A stretch of DNA of 64,000 bases from Chrysomallon squamiferum (GCA_012295275.1 CM022679.1:1922001-1986000), one strand, 5' to 3'; positions 25,614 to 38,600 are shown, counted from the stretch's first letter. Numbers and translations are program-made. The notes: generated by a model not told the origin, from the letters alone.

Positions 25614-28600
25614 ATGTTAAGAATTTTAAAATATTCTTTCATTTTCTTTCTGGTTTTCCGACGATCGTGTGTTCGAAACAAAAACAAGAATCAAGCATAA
25701 TTACCGTTAGGAAAGACCACTTTCAATCGGAAACAGAGCCAGATTCGGAGATTAGTAGACTAAGACAGTCCAGTAATCCAGAGACGGAACTTTACAAAGG
25801 AGAAAAAACGTCAAGAAACATATTTGTGACAGAAGCATTTAGTGATAATTTTAAATTTCTGAGTAATGGAGCTAAAGCCAGAGCAAAGAAAAGCATATTA
25901 CAGGATGACAAAACAGCTGATAAATCTACAACGTATGCAAAAGTCACAAGCGAAGGAGTATTAAAAGGTACTGATACCACAACGAAAACAGCTACAAATA
26001 TATTTCAAACCACAATTTCACTAGTTTCAGGGTCTACACAAACTGTAGCAAGAAATACATTTGGAATGGAAAAAGCAGGAAAACCTCAGCCCGCAAATCA
26101 TATAGTAACTGACAGTCCTGCTTCAGGCGAAATTATTTCAGAAACCAAAAATACACAGGTATCTGTCAATCAGACTGATTTGGAATCAACTTCCACGATG
26201 ATTCCAAAAACCTCTAATTCTGAAACCACCAGTCAAGCTAATAAAGAAATCAACAGTCAAATTGACAAAGAAACCAGCAATCAAGCTAATAAAGAAATCA
26301 ACAGTCAAACTGACAAAGAAACCAGCAGTCAAACTAATGCAGAAATCAACAGTCAAACTGACAAAGAAACAAGCAGTCAAGCTAATGCAGAAATCAACAG
26401 TCAAACTAACCAAGAAACCAGTAGTCAAACTAACAAAGAAACCAGCAGTCAAACTGACAAAGAAACCAGCAGTCAAACTAACGCAGAAATCAACAGTCAA
26501 ACTAACAAAGAAACCAGCAGTCGAGCTAATGCAGAAATCAACAGTCAAACTAACAAAGAAACCAGCAATCAAGCTAATACAGAAATCAACAGTCAAACTG
26601 ACAAAGAAACCAGCAATCAAGCTAATACAGAAATCAACAGTCAAACTAACAAAGAAACCAGCAGTCAAGCTAATACAGAAATCAACAGTCAAACTGACAA
26701 AGAAACCAGCAGTCAAGCTAATAAAGAAATCAACAGTCAAACTGACAAAGAAACCAGCAGTCAAGCTAATACAGAAATCAACAGTCAAACTGACAAAGAA
26801 ACAAGCAGTCAAGCTAATGCAGAAATCAACAGTAAAACTGACAAAGAAACCACCAATCAAACTAATGCAGAAATCAACAGTCAAACTAACCAAGAAACAA
26901 GCAGTCAAGCTAATGCGGAAATCAACAGTCAAACTGACAAAGAAACCAGCAGTCAAGCTAATGCAGAAATCAACAGTCAAACTAACAAAGAAACAAGCAG
27001 TCGAGCTAATGCAGAAATCAACAGTCAAACTAACAAAGAAACAAGCAGTCGAGCTAATGCGGAAATCAACAGTCAAACTAACAAAGAAACAAGCAGTCAA
27101 GCTAATGCAGAAATCAACAGTCAAACTAACAAAGAAACAAGCAGTCAAGCTAATGCAGAAATCAACAGTCAAACTAACAAAGAAACAAGCAGTCAAACTA
27201 ATGCAGAAATCAACAGTCAAACTAACAAAGAAATCAAGCAGTCAAACTAATGCACAAATCAAACAGTCAAACTAACAAAGCAAGCAGTCAAACTAATGCA
27301 GAAATCAACAGTCAAACTAACAAAGAAACAAGCAGTCAAACTAATGCAGAAATCAACAGTCAAACTAACAAAGAAACAAGCAGTCAAGCTAATGCAGAAA
27401 TCAACAGTCATGCTGACAAAGAAACCACCAATCAAACTAATGCAGAAATCAACAGTCAAACTGACAAAGAAACAAGCAGTCAAGCTAATGCAGAAATCAA
27501 CAGTCAAACTGACAAAGAAACCACCAATCAAACTAATGCAGAAATCAACAGTCAAACTGACAAAGAAACAAGCAGTCAAACTAATGCAGAAATCAACAGT
27601 CAAACTGACAAAGAAACCAGCAGTCAAGCTAATGCAGAAATCAACAGTCAAACTGACAAAGAAACAAGCAGTCAAGCTAATGCAGAAATCAACAGTCAAA
27701 CTGACAAGGAAACCAGCAGTCAAACTAACGCAGAAATCAACAGTCAAATTGACAAAGAAACCAGCAGTCAAGCTAATGCAGAAATCAACAGTCAAACTAA
27801 CCAAGAAACAAGCAGTCAAGCTAATGCAGAAATCAACAGTCAAACTGACAAAGAAACAAGCAGTCAAGCTAATGCAGAAATCAACAGTCAAACTGACAAA
27901 GAAACCACCAATCAAACTAATGCAGAAATCAACAGTCAAACTAACAAAGAAACAAGCAGTCAAACTAATGCAGAAATCAACAGTCAAACTGACAAGGAAA
28001 CCAGCAGTCAAACTAATGCAGAAATCAACAGTCAAACTGACAAAGAAACAACCATTCAAACTAATGCAGAAATCAACAGTCAAACTGACAAGGAAACCAG
28101 CAGTCAAACTAATGCAGAAATCAACAGTCAAACTGACAAAGAAACAACCATTCAAACTAATGCAGAAATCAACAGTCAAACTGACAAAGAAACCACCAAT
28201 CAAACTAATGCAGAAATCAACAGTCAAACTGACAAAGAAACAAGCAGTCAAACTAATGCAGAAATCAACAGTCAAACTGACAAAGAAACAAGCAGTCAAA
28301 CTAATGCAGAAATCAACAGTCAAACTGACAAGGAAACCAGCAGTCAAACTAACGCAGAAATCAACAGTCAAACTAACAAAGAAACAAGCAGTCAAACTAA
28401 TGCAGAAATCAACAGTCAAACTGACAAAGAAACAAGCAGTCAAACTAACGCAGAAATCAACAGTCAAACTGACAAAGAAACAAGCAGTCAAACTAATGCA
28501 GAAATCAACGGTCAAACTGACAAAGAAACAAGCAGTCAAACTAATGCAGAAATCAACAGTCAAACTAACAAAGAAACAAGCAGTCAAACTAATGCAGAAA

Positions 28601-30327
28601 TCAACAATCAAACTGACAAGGAAACAACCAGTCAAGCTAATGCAGAAATCATCGATCAGAATAAACCAAGTTTATCAAAAAATGAATCTTTTTTATCAAC
28701 TTCTGAAACACCGTCATCAACAACTGCTAAAACGTTATCAGCAACGACATTATCTGAAGAGGTATCCAAAATTTCAGAAGTTGCCGACCCAAATGACAAA
28801 GAAACTACAAATCAAACAACAATAAACTGTTTTAATGCCACTGGAAGTATTAAATCTTTTACAGGCAATAATGTTATAACTGAAGACGCAACCAGCGGCG
28901 TTACGAACACCACTGAAGATCTCACCCAGACCGCATCGGTGACAAATTTGAAAACACCAACTGTTCCAGCAACCAGTACAAATAACGATGGTGCCACCAT
29001 GGAAACCACTTCAGTTACTTTAAACGACCCTACATTAGAAACTCTAGCCGCAGTCTCAGGCGACATTCATCTTTCTTCTCCAGGTGTAGAAACAACTATT
29101 CCCGGTAAATTATCTTCTTCGAGTAAAATAACAACTTCGGCCGCAGCAGAATCTATCACATCAACATCAACAACTTTGACTGTTGATGAATATACGACGC
29201 CAACCGAGGTCTCAACTGAGAATCATAAAGCTAGCAGATTATTCAGAATTAATCGGCTTAAGAAAATAAAACATATATTAGCATACAATAAACTTGTCAA
29301 ATATTTAATGAAGAATTACAATGTAATCGTCCCTTCCTTTTGTCGACTGTTTGGGAACAACACCATCGTCGTATCAGTACTACCAGTGGCGGTTCTAGGG
29401 ATTAACGAGGTGGAACAAATTTTATTGTTTCAGGGAATGTTTCGATTCAAATGGTTCGACAAACGATTGTCGTGGAATCCTGATGACTATGGCGGCCTTG
29501 AAACGATTGAGATTGACTCGAGTTTAATCTGGAAACCGAAGATCCTCATCATTAACTCGGCTGAGGGCGAATCCCTGAAAAGCAACATTCCTTTGCTGCT
29601 GCACCACACTGGTTACGTGACTGAAGAGAAGCATGGGATATCAAAAACAACGTGCGAGGTAAACACGTCCCGCTATCCGTTTGACGCTCAGAGGTGCAAG
29701 CTGTCGTTCGGTGGTATTCAGGGCATGAAGTACAACTTTGTCCTGGACGATCCAGACCATTCACTGGGACGTCATTTTTTAATAAACAGCGAATGGAATT
29801 TCAAACAAATAGACGGTCGTGTATCCGAAATCTATTTCACGTCCTCGGGTTTTTCAGACGTTGCTGAATACACTGTGCACGTTGAACGGAAGAGTCCATT
29901 TTACGTCGTGAGCAACATTTTTCCCATATTTCTACTCTCCTTAATGACGTCTTTTGTTTTTCTTTTCCCGCCAGTGTCTGATGAAAAAGTGGGCTATTTG
30001 ATTTCCATTTTTGTTTCGTATGCAATATTCTTGAACTTTATAACTGAATCCATGCCACGAACGTCGACTTCTGTTTCCAATATGGAAACTTACCTTCTGC
30101 TCGTTCTCATACATTGTGCTTCAGCTGTTGTCGTAGCAGCATTCACCGAAGGGTGGAGATCGGAGAGTCGCGTCTGTGCAGTTGATTATTTTAAGTCAGC
30201 GGAGCAAAAAGAAAAGGCAGAATTTAAAAAGAAAGAAAATGCCTTGAAACAACGCCGCGTGGATTATATCTACTTTACACTGTATCTGACAGCATCTTGC
30301 TTCTTCCTCTTTTGTTTTTATTTGTAA
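25614..30327 (+). CDS. Intronless Cys-loop channel subunit with giant N-terminal tandem-repeat/mucin-like extension (~1570 aa after correcting two frame disruptions at ~25655 and ~27235-27281)
   Basis: ATG at 25614 gives MLRILKYSFIFFLVF, which joins PTIVCS/KQKQ of the 25667 ORF if one base is added in the TTTT/CC run. ORFs 25667-27250 and 27250-30327 encode the same repeat in register. The C-terminal ~350 aa has WFDKRLSWNPDDYGG, IWKP, CEVNTSRYPFDAQRC, NSEW, ERKSPFYV..IFP, DEK-M2, PRTS and M4. A pseudogene cannot be excluded. Confidence 0.85.
26227..28650 (+). repeat. Coding minisatellite, 48-bp unit (two related 24-bp halves), ~50 copies, encoding SQT(D/N)KETS-SQ(A/T)NAEIN
   Basis: agtcaaact(g/a)acaaagaaac(c/a)agc + agtcaa(g/a)ctaatgcagaaatcaac repeated continuously over ~2.4 kb. 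Confidence 0.97.
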
Positions 30328-30421
30328 AATAAGGCAGAATTTTAATCCCGATTCGAAATTGTAAATGATTAGAAAATGAAAACATTAATAAAAGTGCAGT
30401 GAAGTTTACAATTATGTTTTT

Positions 30422-30422
<1 letters not shown>

Positions 30423-30474
<52 letters not shown>
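30423..30474. repeat. (CT)n microsatellite; further (GA)n at 32765-32850 and 34912-34973, (CA)n at ~33143-33185
   Basis: Perfect dinucleotide runs visible directly. Confidence 0.95.
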
Positions 30475-30477
<3 letters not shown>

Positions 30478-31231
30478 GCAAACGTTTATAAAATAACTGA
30501 AAAACACACACCATAATCTTAACATTTGATAGAAATTACGGGAATCACACCGTTTATATGAACAGTGCATTCAGATATTTTTGCATGAAATTGTTTATAA
30601 ACATTAACAATATGTATATATATATATATATATATTAATTAATCTGTTGATCTGAAAATGATGTTAGAAAACGGGGTGAACTCTTTATTTGTATTTGGTT
30701 GCGATAAACGGCGAGAATAAACAACATCAGTTACTACATAAAAGTAAGAATGTGCGTACAAGAAAATAAAAGCTAAACATGAAATAGGAAAGAAATTTAA
30801 AGAAAAGGCAAAAAGATGAAAAATGACAGCGAGTTTAACTATAATAATAACAATACGTCAGTACTTTGTTTTGTATGTTTTTATCCTCACAAATGTTTAC
30901 AAAAAATCTCCAGAACATGAATCTATCATGGCACACAACGCCATTTGTCAGTATCAAAATGCATTCATAAAAATAATAATGAACAAATTTAAGACTACAG
31001 TCTTATGAAAGTTAATGTTAAAATGATCTATATGTATTTCAGATAGGCCCTATTTATGATTGTTGTTTTATATCTCATGATTCTTTACTAAAAATAAAGT
31101 ATAGCAATATACAGTAATCTCATATCAGTATATGAAAGCAGATATTTTGTTTCTCTTCTTACGTCATTTCGTAAAGAGAAATATAAAACAATGATGAATG
31201 TAAAATACATGTATCAGGAAGGTTATGATAC

Positions 31232-31271
<40 letters not shown>

Positions 31272-31930
31272 TTAACTACTTTTATGTACCATCGCTAGAC
31301 TGATACTTTATGGTTATACATAATTAGGTGCACACATTAATTGTATGAAAGTAAAGTAATCACCTGGATGTATATAAAACCTTTTTAACCTACTTCTCAG
31401 TATCACCGCATACTTTAATAAAATAAATTTAATAAAATAAATAACTGAATAAAACTCTTTAATAAAATAAATAACTAAATAAAACTTGAAAGAATATATA
31501 TTTAGGCTATTCGTTTATCACCAAAAGTGTATTTAAAAAGCGTTACGTTTGGTTTCCTCAAATCAAAATGAATTTACATTGTAGCACTGTCACATTTTGG
31601 TGCTATAAAGATCATTCTTCCATTATATAGCATATATCGACAGCGGCTTCAGTACATTGTTTGATGTTTAATTATTTAGTTTTAGCTCTTCGCTGGACTT
31701 GTCAGTGTTGACTCATTTTACATTATGCGCTTTTAGGGGCGTTTATAATTGTGTTATTATTCAGTTTATTGTCACGTACAGGAAGAAAACGGTTGCGTCC
31801 CAGAGTATTTAAAAATAAAAATTAAATATGTTAGTATGTCTGGTTCTTGTTAATATTAACCAGTGATAAACATTAAACATCCAAGAATAAAAATATCTCA
31901 AGTTATTTTAACGGGAGATGGTGGATAATT

Positions 31931-32760
31931 TTAAAAATAAGTTATATTGTTAGTATTTCGGAAATCTTTGCTCATCTGCGGCTGAAATCCGCCAGCCTGA
32001 AAAATGTCTTCATTACGATTTCTTTTCAGAGGTGGTGAAATTTTATCATCATTTTTCAGTGGTTCCACAGCCGTGTTTTCGTTAGCACTGTTACAACAAA
32101 ACACAACAATAATGCGATTTATCAAAAAAATAATCACTAAAATGTTCTTCAAGGTGAAAAATATGATTGTGTACGTTATCAGGGTGTAGGTGATCATGCT
32201 GTACAGACGAATAGCCAAGAATGGTCCGTCTGCAACAAGAAAGATAAGACAAAGCGACCAGATGTCGGTCGTAAAAAATCCCTTTTTGGTTTGTTGAAAT
32301 TTATTCCCCTCTTTTCGTGTTACCAGAACGAACGCGAACTGTAATAGACTTAACGTCCAAGCAGAAAGAATGACGAATGTCAGATTCCTGTCTTTTCTGA
32401 TGGGAGCTTCGTCAAAAAGAGAAAACAACTCGAGATTATCCGAGGCGAGTCCCATGTAGGTGAAAAGAAGCTGAGAAAGATCGTCTTTGGTCATACACCC
32501 TCGCTGCATCAACCATCGGCTGAGAATAACGAGAAATAGCAATGACTGCTCGATCAGGGCCACCCACACGCTAGCATTTAGTGTCAGTGGTATTGTTAAC
32601 TGTTTTAAAAAAAAAAAATATATATTTTAATATATTACGATAATCAAACACGTTAAATAATAATAATAATAATATAAAAGAAAATAATTAAATAATATAT
32701 ATGTATATATATACATACAGATAGATAGAAACAAAGGCAGACAAACATATATCACTATAG

Positions 32761-32852
<92 letters not shown>

Positions 32853-33138
32853 TAAAAAAAATATATATATATTGTAAAGAAAAAAAAAAAAAAGATAATT
32901 AACATACTCCGCTGATAGAAGGCAATTGTGATTCGACAGCGCGTCCGTTTACATTCTTATATACGGTATCATATTTCTCCACATTGTCAATTTCTAGAAT
33001 CCAGATGGCAGGTGTGACAGCGACGAAATAGCATAAGAAGCAGGGACAAAACCTGCAAACACAATTTTAATATTTTTAACAAAACTTAAAATTTTTGTTG
33101 TCAAAAAAACACACGCATATGTCTGTAAGTATATATCA

Positions 33139-33186
<48 letters not shown>

Positions 33187-33530
33187 ACAATTCAATAAGC
33201 TACTGGGTACGGCAGCTTTGTTAACTATTTAGTGTTGCACATTTATCATAATTCCATTGCTGTTTTCATTAATTAAACTGAGAGAAGACATGGATGTTGT
33301 TTTGAAAATAGGAACAATTATTTGTTATTTACTTACCATTTATATTCTTGTCCTTTTCTTACAAAAATGGCGTACGTTGCTTCTAGAAACTGAAATGTCA
33401 CAAACACTGTAAATATCCATCTAGTTTTGTCCACCATGGAAGCAGACGCCTTCCAGTACGCCAAGAACACGTGACAGAGTAACACACACCTAACAAACAA
33501 AGCAGCCGCAATATTCAAAACAGTTTTCAT
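31931..33530 (-). CDS. TMEM26: TMEM26-family transmembrane protein (~335 aa, 3 exons)
   Basis: Exons 33530-33337, 33052-32908 and 32599-31931 join in phase. Motifs RKGQEYKWFCPCFLCYFVAVTPAIWILE, EQSLLFLVILSRWLM, DDLSQLLFTYMGLASDNLELF, AWTLSLLQF, DGPFLAIRL and FFTLKN match the TMEM26 family as I recall it. Confidence 0.88.
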
Positions 33531-34906
33531 ATTTTTGTTCAGTTGAGAAATCAGCTAGAATATCCGAATTAACAAACAGAACTTCTCATATAAACATTAC
33601 ACAGCAGAAACATCATCTTGGGCTGGTCTTTGAAACTCTGTAAATTCTTCTAGACGTGTTCTTTCTGGGTTGTTTTCTTCTTCTTCTTTCTTTTTTTCTT
33701 TTTTGATTCTTTGTTCCTATATTTTGCTATATTAATAAGCTGATTTTGCTACGTCCCTGTAATCTTTTCGCATTTTTTTTTTTTTCAACAATAAAGTGAT
33801 CTGTCAGAAGAAACAAGCAAACAACTAAAGTCTCAACACCTTTTTGACATTCGTCTACGCATTCGAAATCTCCCATCTACATATCCCGTCTTAATTACGA
33901 GTGGAAGCATTAACCTTTATGAATTATATCACTTTCTGTATTTATGAATTATTTGTTTAACCTTCTTTGACGATGTTCACTCAGGTTTGGCACAAATAAC
34001 AAGCCCGAGATATGCTTGAATACATAAGGGGCCTCATACACGTTTTGTTTTGTTGTGTTGGTGTTATTAAACGTCGTATTATATGGCTGTCGGTCGATCA
34101 GCATTTATCCCTGCACGAATTCCAATTTTTGTCTTTACAAATATAATCATTTAATATTAAAAATCAAACAATATAAAGACCACGATTTCTGGAAGGGTGG
34201 AACCGCCCCTTTCCTCCTTTGCCACGCGCTGACCCGATACTGACCAGATTTCATTTATAATTAATTTAGGAAGAATGAAAGAAAAAAAAATCGTTCATAG
34301 AAATAGTTCAAAGTAAATATATTGTTGTGATTTATTGATTTGTATTGTATTGACCACTACTACAAATCAATGTGTGGTCATAAATGATCACATTTGCTCT
34401 GTCGTGTTTGAACACATATTTTCAAGGTCGAGTGGTCGCAATATATTTATATTTTGAAAGCACAACAACATGTATTTTTTACGTCTTCATAAAGAAAAAA
34501 AATCGAAAATAAACAACATCTTTATTGTATATATGGGTGAGTACAATATGTAAAAGGTTCCAATACCTTTTATATTAATGAAATCAAAGATAAATACATA
34601 CCAAAAGATAATTTATTGCAGTTGAACCTAAATATCCATTTGAAAACAAAATATGTTTATGAAGTCACTGCGTACATATGCATATAAATGTAAATTCGCT
34701 CTCATGCTGTAACACGGACCGCTGTGTGAAAGTATAACCATCGTAAATAACGTCTAGTATACAATGCATAGTCATTCTATAGACGATGATGAATGTATAG
34801 TCCTAAAAGACGTAACTTGTTAAAGCAATAGTTTATGAAGAATATATAATTATATCCGTCTTTATTAATTTATAATATGTGAAACTTTTATTTTATTTTT
34901 CATTTA

Positions 34907-34978
<72 letters not shown>

Positions 34979-35095
34979 TACAAACTCTCTAAATCGTTAT
35001 TTTGTTACCCTGTTGTCATACTTCACTAATAACAAATGCTATAAACAGATAAACTAATAATTTGGAAGTGTATATTTATATTTTTACACAATACA

Positions 35096-35147
<52 letters not shown>

Positions 35148-35665
35148 TAAAATAAAATAAAATAAATAAATAAATAAAACACATGGAAATGTACAGTCTA
35201 TGCCTGTATCTTCGTACAGTCGTGTAAGGATGCATAATGTATTAAACCAAAGATTCGCGTCACTTCAGAATATAAATAATCACTTGGAAATAAACATCGT
35301 ACATATATAACAATGTGCACAAATGATGCTTTTTAAAAAGTCGATGTAGTATAAAACATTGGACAACTGGAATTCGTATAGCTTAGGGTACTTTTAGCTA
35401 CTACAAATTAATTACGGACTTAACATAATTTTGTTAAATATTTATAAAACTGATCACTAATGGTTTTACGGAGTGTGAACATGATTTTAGATCTAAACGT
35501 AAGTGTGTCCAAGTGCTTTTTGCATGTACACACCTGTAGTCGCTAGCGAATGAAAAACTAGTATTACACTGTCGGTTTTTACTCAAGTTTTACCTAGGGT
35601 TCTCTTGTGCATTTCGGCTAGTGCACATTTGTTTACAGGAGGAAATTAATGAAAGAAATCGAAAT

Positions 35666-38600
35666 ATGGCGGCTGAACGTGACACGAGTACTGTTTTCAT
35701 TTTCGATGTCGATGGGACTTTGACAGCCCCTAGACAGGTATAAATAGTGTTCACATTTTACATGCTGAAGTAGAATATATTCTGTGTATTTTTTAATTGA
35801 TGACATTTATACAACGATATGCTAAATAAAAATATGCTGGAATACTTTGTAATTTTTAAATCTTAATTTACATCGTCATGATCATCCCACTAATCGTCTG
35901 AAGGTTTGCATCATCGATCGTGAACAGAATCATGTTAATGATCATGCCTCAAGACAATAAACATCGGTGTATTAATGTCCAGTTTATAAAATATGTCGAT
36001 ATTATAAGCCTTCATGATTACACTGATATTATAAATATATGTTAACAAACAAACCAGAACAAACAAATAAATAATTTAGTTTATATATATATATATATAA
36101 ACATTTTATAAACAGGACATGATTATATTGACGGCAACTTTTTTTGTGTGAATATTATTATTATTTATTTTTATTTTTATTTATTTTATTTTATTTTTTC
36201 GGCAGAAAATCACTCCGAAGGTGGAAGATTTTCTTCAAAAAGTCAAATCCAGAGTGGTGGTGGCGTTGGTTGGGGGGTCGGACTTGGTGAAAATAGATGA
36301 ACAGATGGGTGGACATCATGATGGTAAGGAAAATAAAAACAATTTTTATTATATTTTTTAAATCATGAACAGTAAAGCACTTGTCACATTCTTTGTTAAA
36401 CTAATCTTGATAAATGACAGAAATAGCTCAGTGTGCAGAGATTTGATCCTGGAATCCAGAACTCCTCTTTTTTATCATTCTAAAGAATTCTGTATTGAAC
36501 TGTGAACAATCTTTGACATCCTTTTCAGCAAACACATTTCTGTCTGAACATTTATCACAGTTTATACTGACAAAATATCAAATACAGGATACTCGTTTTC
36601 TGTGGTCACTGAAAATATTATATAATATATCAGTTTAATATTTATCTGTTTATTTATTCAAATTTCTAATATCAGACATATATCTGTGACCAGGGTAACA
36701 TTGTTTATACATTGCAAATTTTTTAGTTGTTTTATGTAATTGGCAATATGTGAATCTTTAAATCATCTTTATTTAATTTTTGATTAGATACCTTTAAATT
36801 GTAATTGTACATATTTCTAGTTTAATGTTGTAATGTGATATATCTGAAAGATTCATGGTGTTTACTTTTCAGTAACTAAGCAGTATGACTATGTGTTTGC
36901 TGAAAACGGTTTGGTGGCTTTTAAAAATGGAGAGAAGATTGGACAGGAGGTTAATAAAAGATATTTATTATCTGGAGATTTCTTCAGTTTCTCTGAACAA
37001 ATTAGTTAATGCTCATTTCATTAGATCATTTGAAAACAATAACAGCTAGAAGATACTGAAAGATTATTTATATAATATTATTATGTTGGTCAACTCAGTT
37101 AGAAGGGCTGCGTATTAGTTAGCAGTAAGTGATACTTTTAAAAACCTTCCATTAAACTGGTAAGTATATACCACCATATTTGATTCCTAGGACACTGGAT
37201 GGAAAGTTAAAATAATCCTAATGGCACACGATTAATAATTTATCTGGTAATTGATTGATACTAGAACATTTTTTACCAGTAACTATTAACAACAATTAAA
37301 ATGTTTCTTTGGAAATGCAAAGAAATGATCAAAATATATACTGTAAACATTTTATTCATTAACTGCTGTCCAACCTTTATTAATAATAAAGTATAACAAC
37401 ATAGGAATTCAGTTTATAACTATATAACTGCCACCATTTTTCTGTGGGCATCCTGACACCAGTGGATTAATTTAGAGTTTCTGCTAGCTTCAGAAAAACA
37501 CAGCTGTCTGTCTGTCTGTATTTGATGACTTCAGTTGTGAAGAGGTAAAAAGGTGGCATTCGAATGTTGTTGTTTTTGGGGGGGTTGTTGTCTTTATTAT
37601 ACAATACAACTGGATATATGAAGAATTTCACTGGATCATTTATTTGCATCAAGACAAATACACTTTTATAACTGCTTATACTATAACATCCAAAAAACAA
37701 TATCCAGTTAAATTTTTATAAATTAAATTGTAGCTGTATTTTGAAAAATATTTTGAAATAGGTGTAAAAAGTTTTTAATTAATATTGCTCTGTGAACTTG
37801 AATTTGTTTGTTGTACAAAGGTTACTCTTTGATTGCAGTATTAATCAATTGGTTCAGTTTTCATTTATGTGATAAATGAATGTGTTTTGTAGAGTATTCA
37901 GCATCATATTGGAGATGAAAAGCTGCAAAAACTGATCAACTTTGCTCTCAAGTACATGTCAGAACTGACATTGCCATGTAAAAGGTAAAAAATTGGTTAC
38001 AGTGTTTTTGTTTTTAACTGTTTTAAATATGTATTTTTTATTTTATTGTTGCAGTTTTTAATTTCATTATGTTTTGAAACATTATCAAGTGATACTTTTG
38101 CTTGGAGGTTTTGAAAATAACTTTAAAGACTTGTTTTGTTTTTCTTATTTATTTAACTGATTTTTTATTATTATTTTTTTTTTAAATTGTAAAATTATTT
38201 TATCGCTTGTTAATATTTTTTTTTTCATTCCCCAATATTTTTACATTGTTTCTGTTTGTTTCTAATCACTTTAAATTTTACTTTTACTCATTTTTTCCTA
38301 ACCTAATTTCAAATTGTTGATCTGTGATCAGTTTGGACTTGTGTTATTTATTATTCTGCTAAAGAATTAAAAATAACTTCTTTAACAAGCATGACTGCTT
38401 CTGTTGAATGTTTTCTGTTTTAACAGTCAAAGAATAAATATAAGTGTTTTTTCCACTTTGATCTTTTGATTAATAGTTTATACTGTTCAGGTGTAAATAT
38501 AATCAATTTTATTTTTTTATTTTTTTCTGCAGCTGTTTCATCTGGTTAAATAAACACTTTGATGTAACTAAGATAATGAACTAACATAATAAGTTAAATA

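Noticed and set aside
26186-28635. Long minus-strand hydrophobic ORFs (TVDFCISLTACFFVSL)n of 344 and 458 aa
   Set aside because: Antisense shadow of the 48-bp coding repeat: a stop-free unit with length divisible by 3 stays open automatically, and the ORFs end at the array edges.
26262-28825. Lys-rich alternative-frame ORFs (VKLTKKQAVKLMQKST)n resembling histone H1 tails
   Set aside because: Same repeat read in another frame and essentially confined to the array. The S/T/Q/N frame is the one continuous with the unique flanks and the channel domain.
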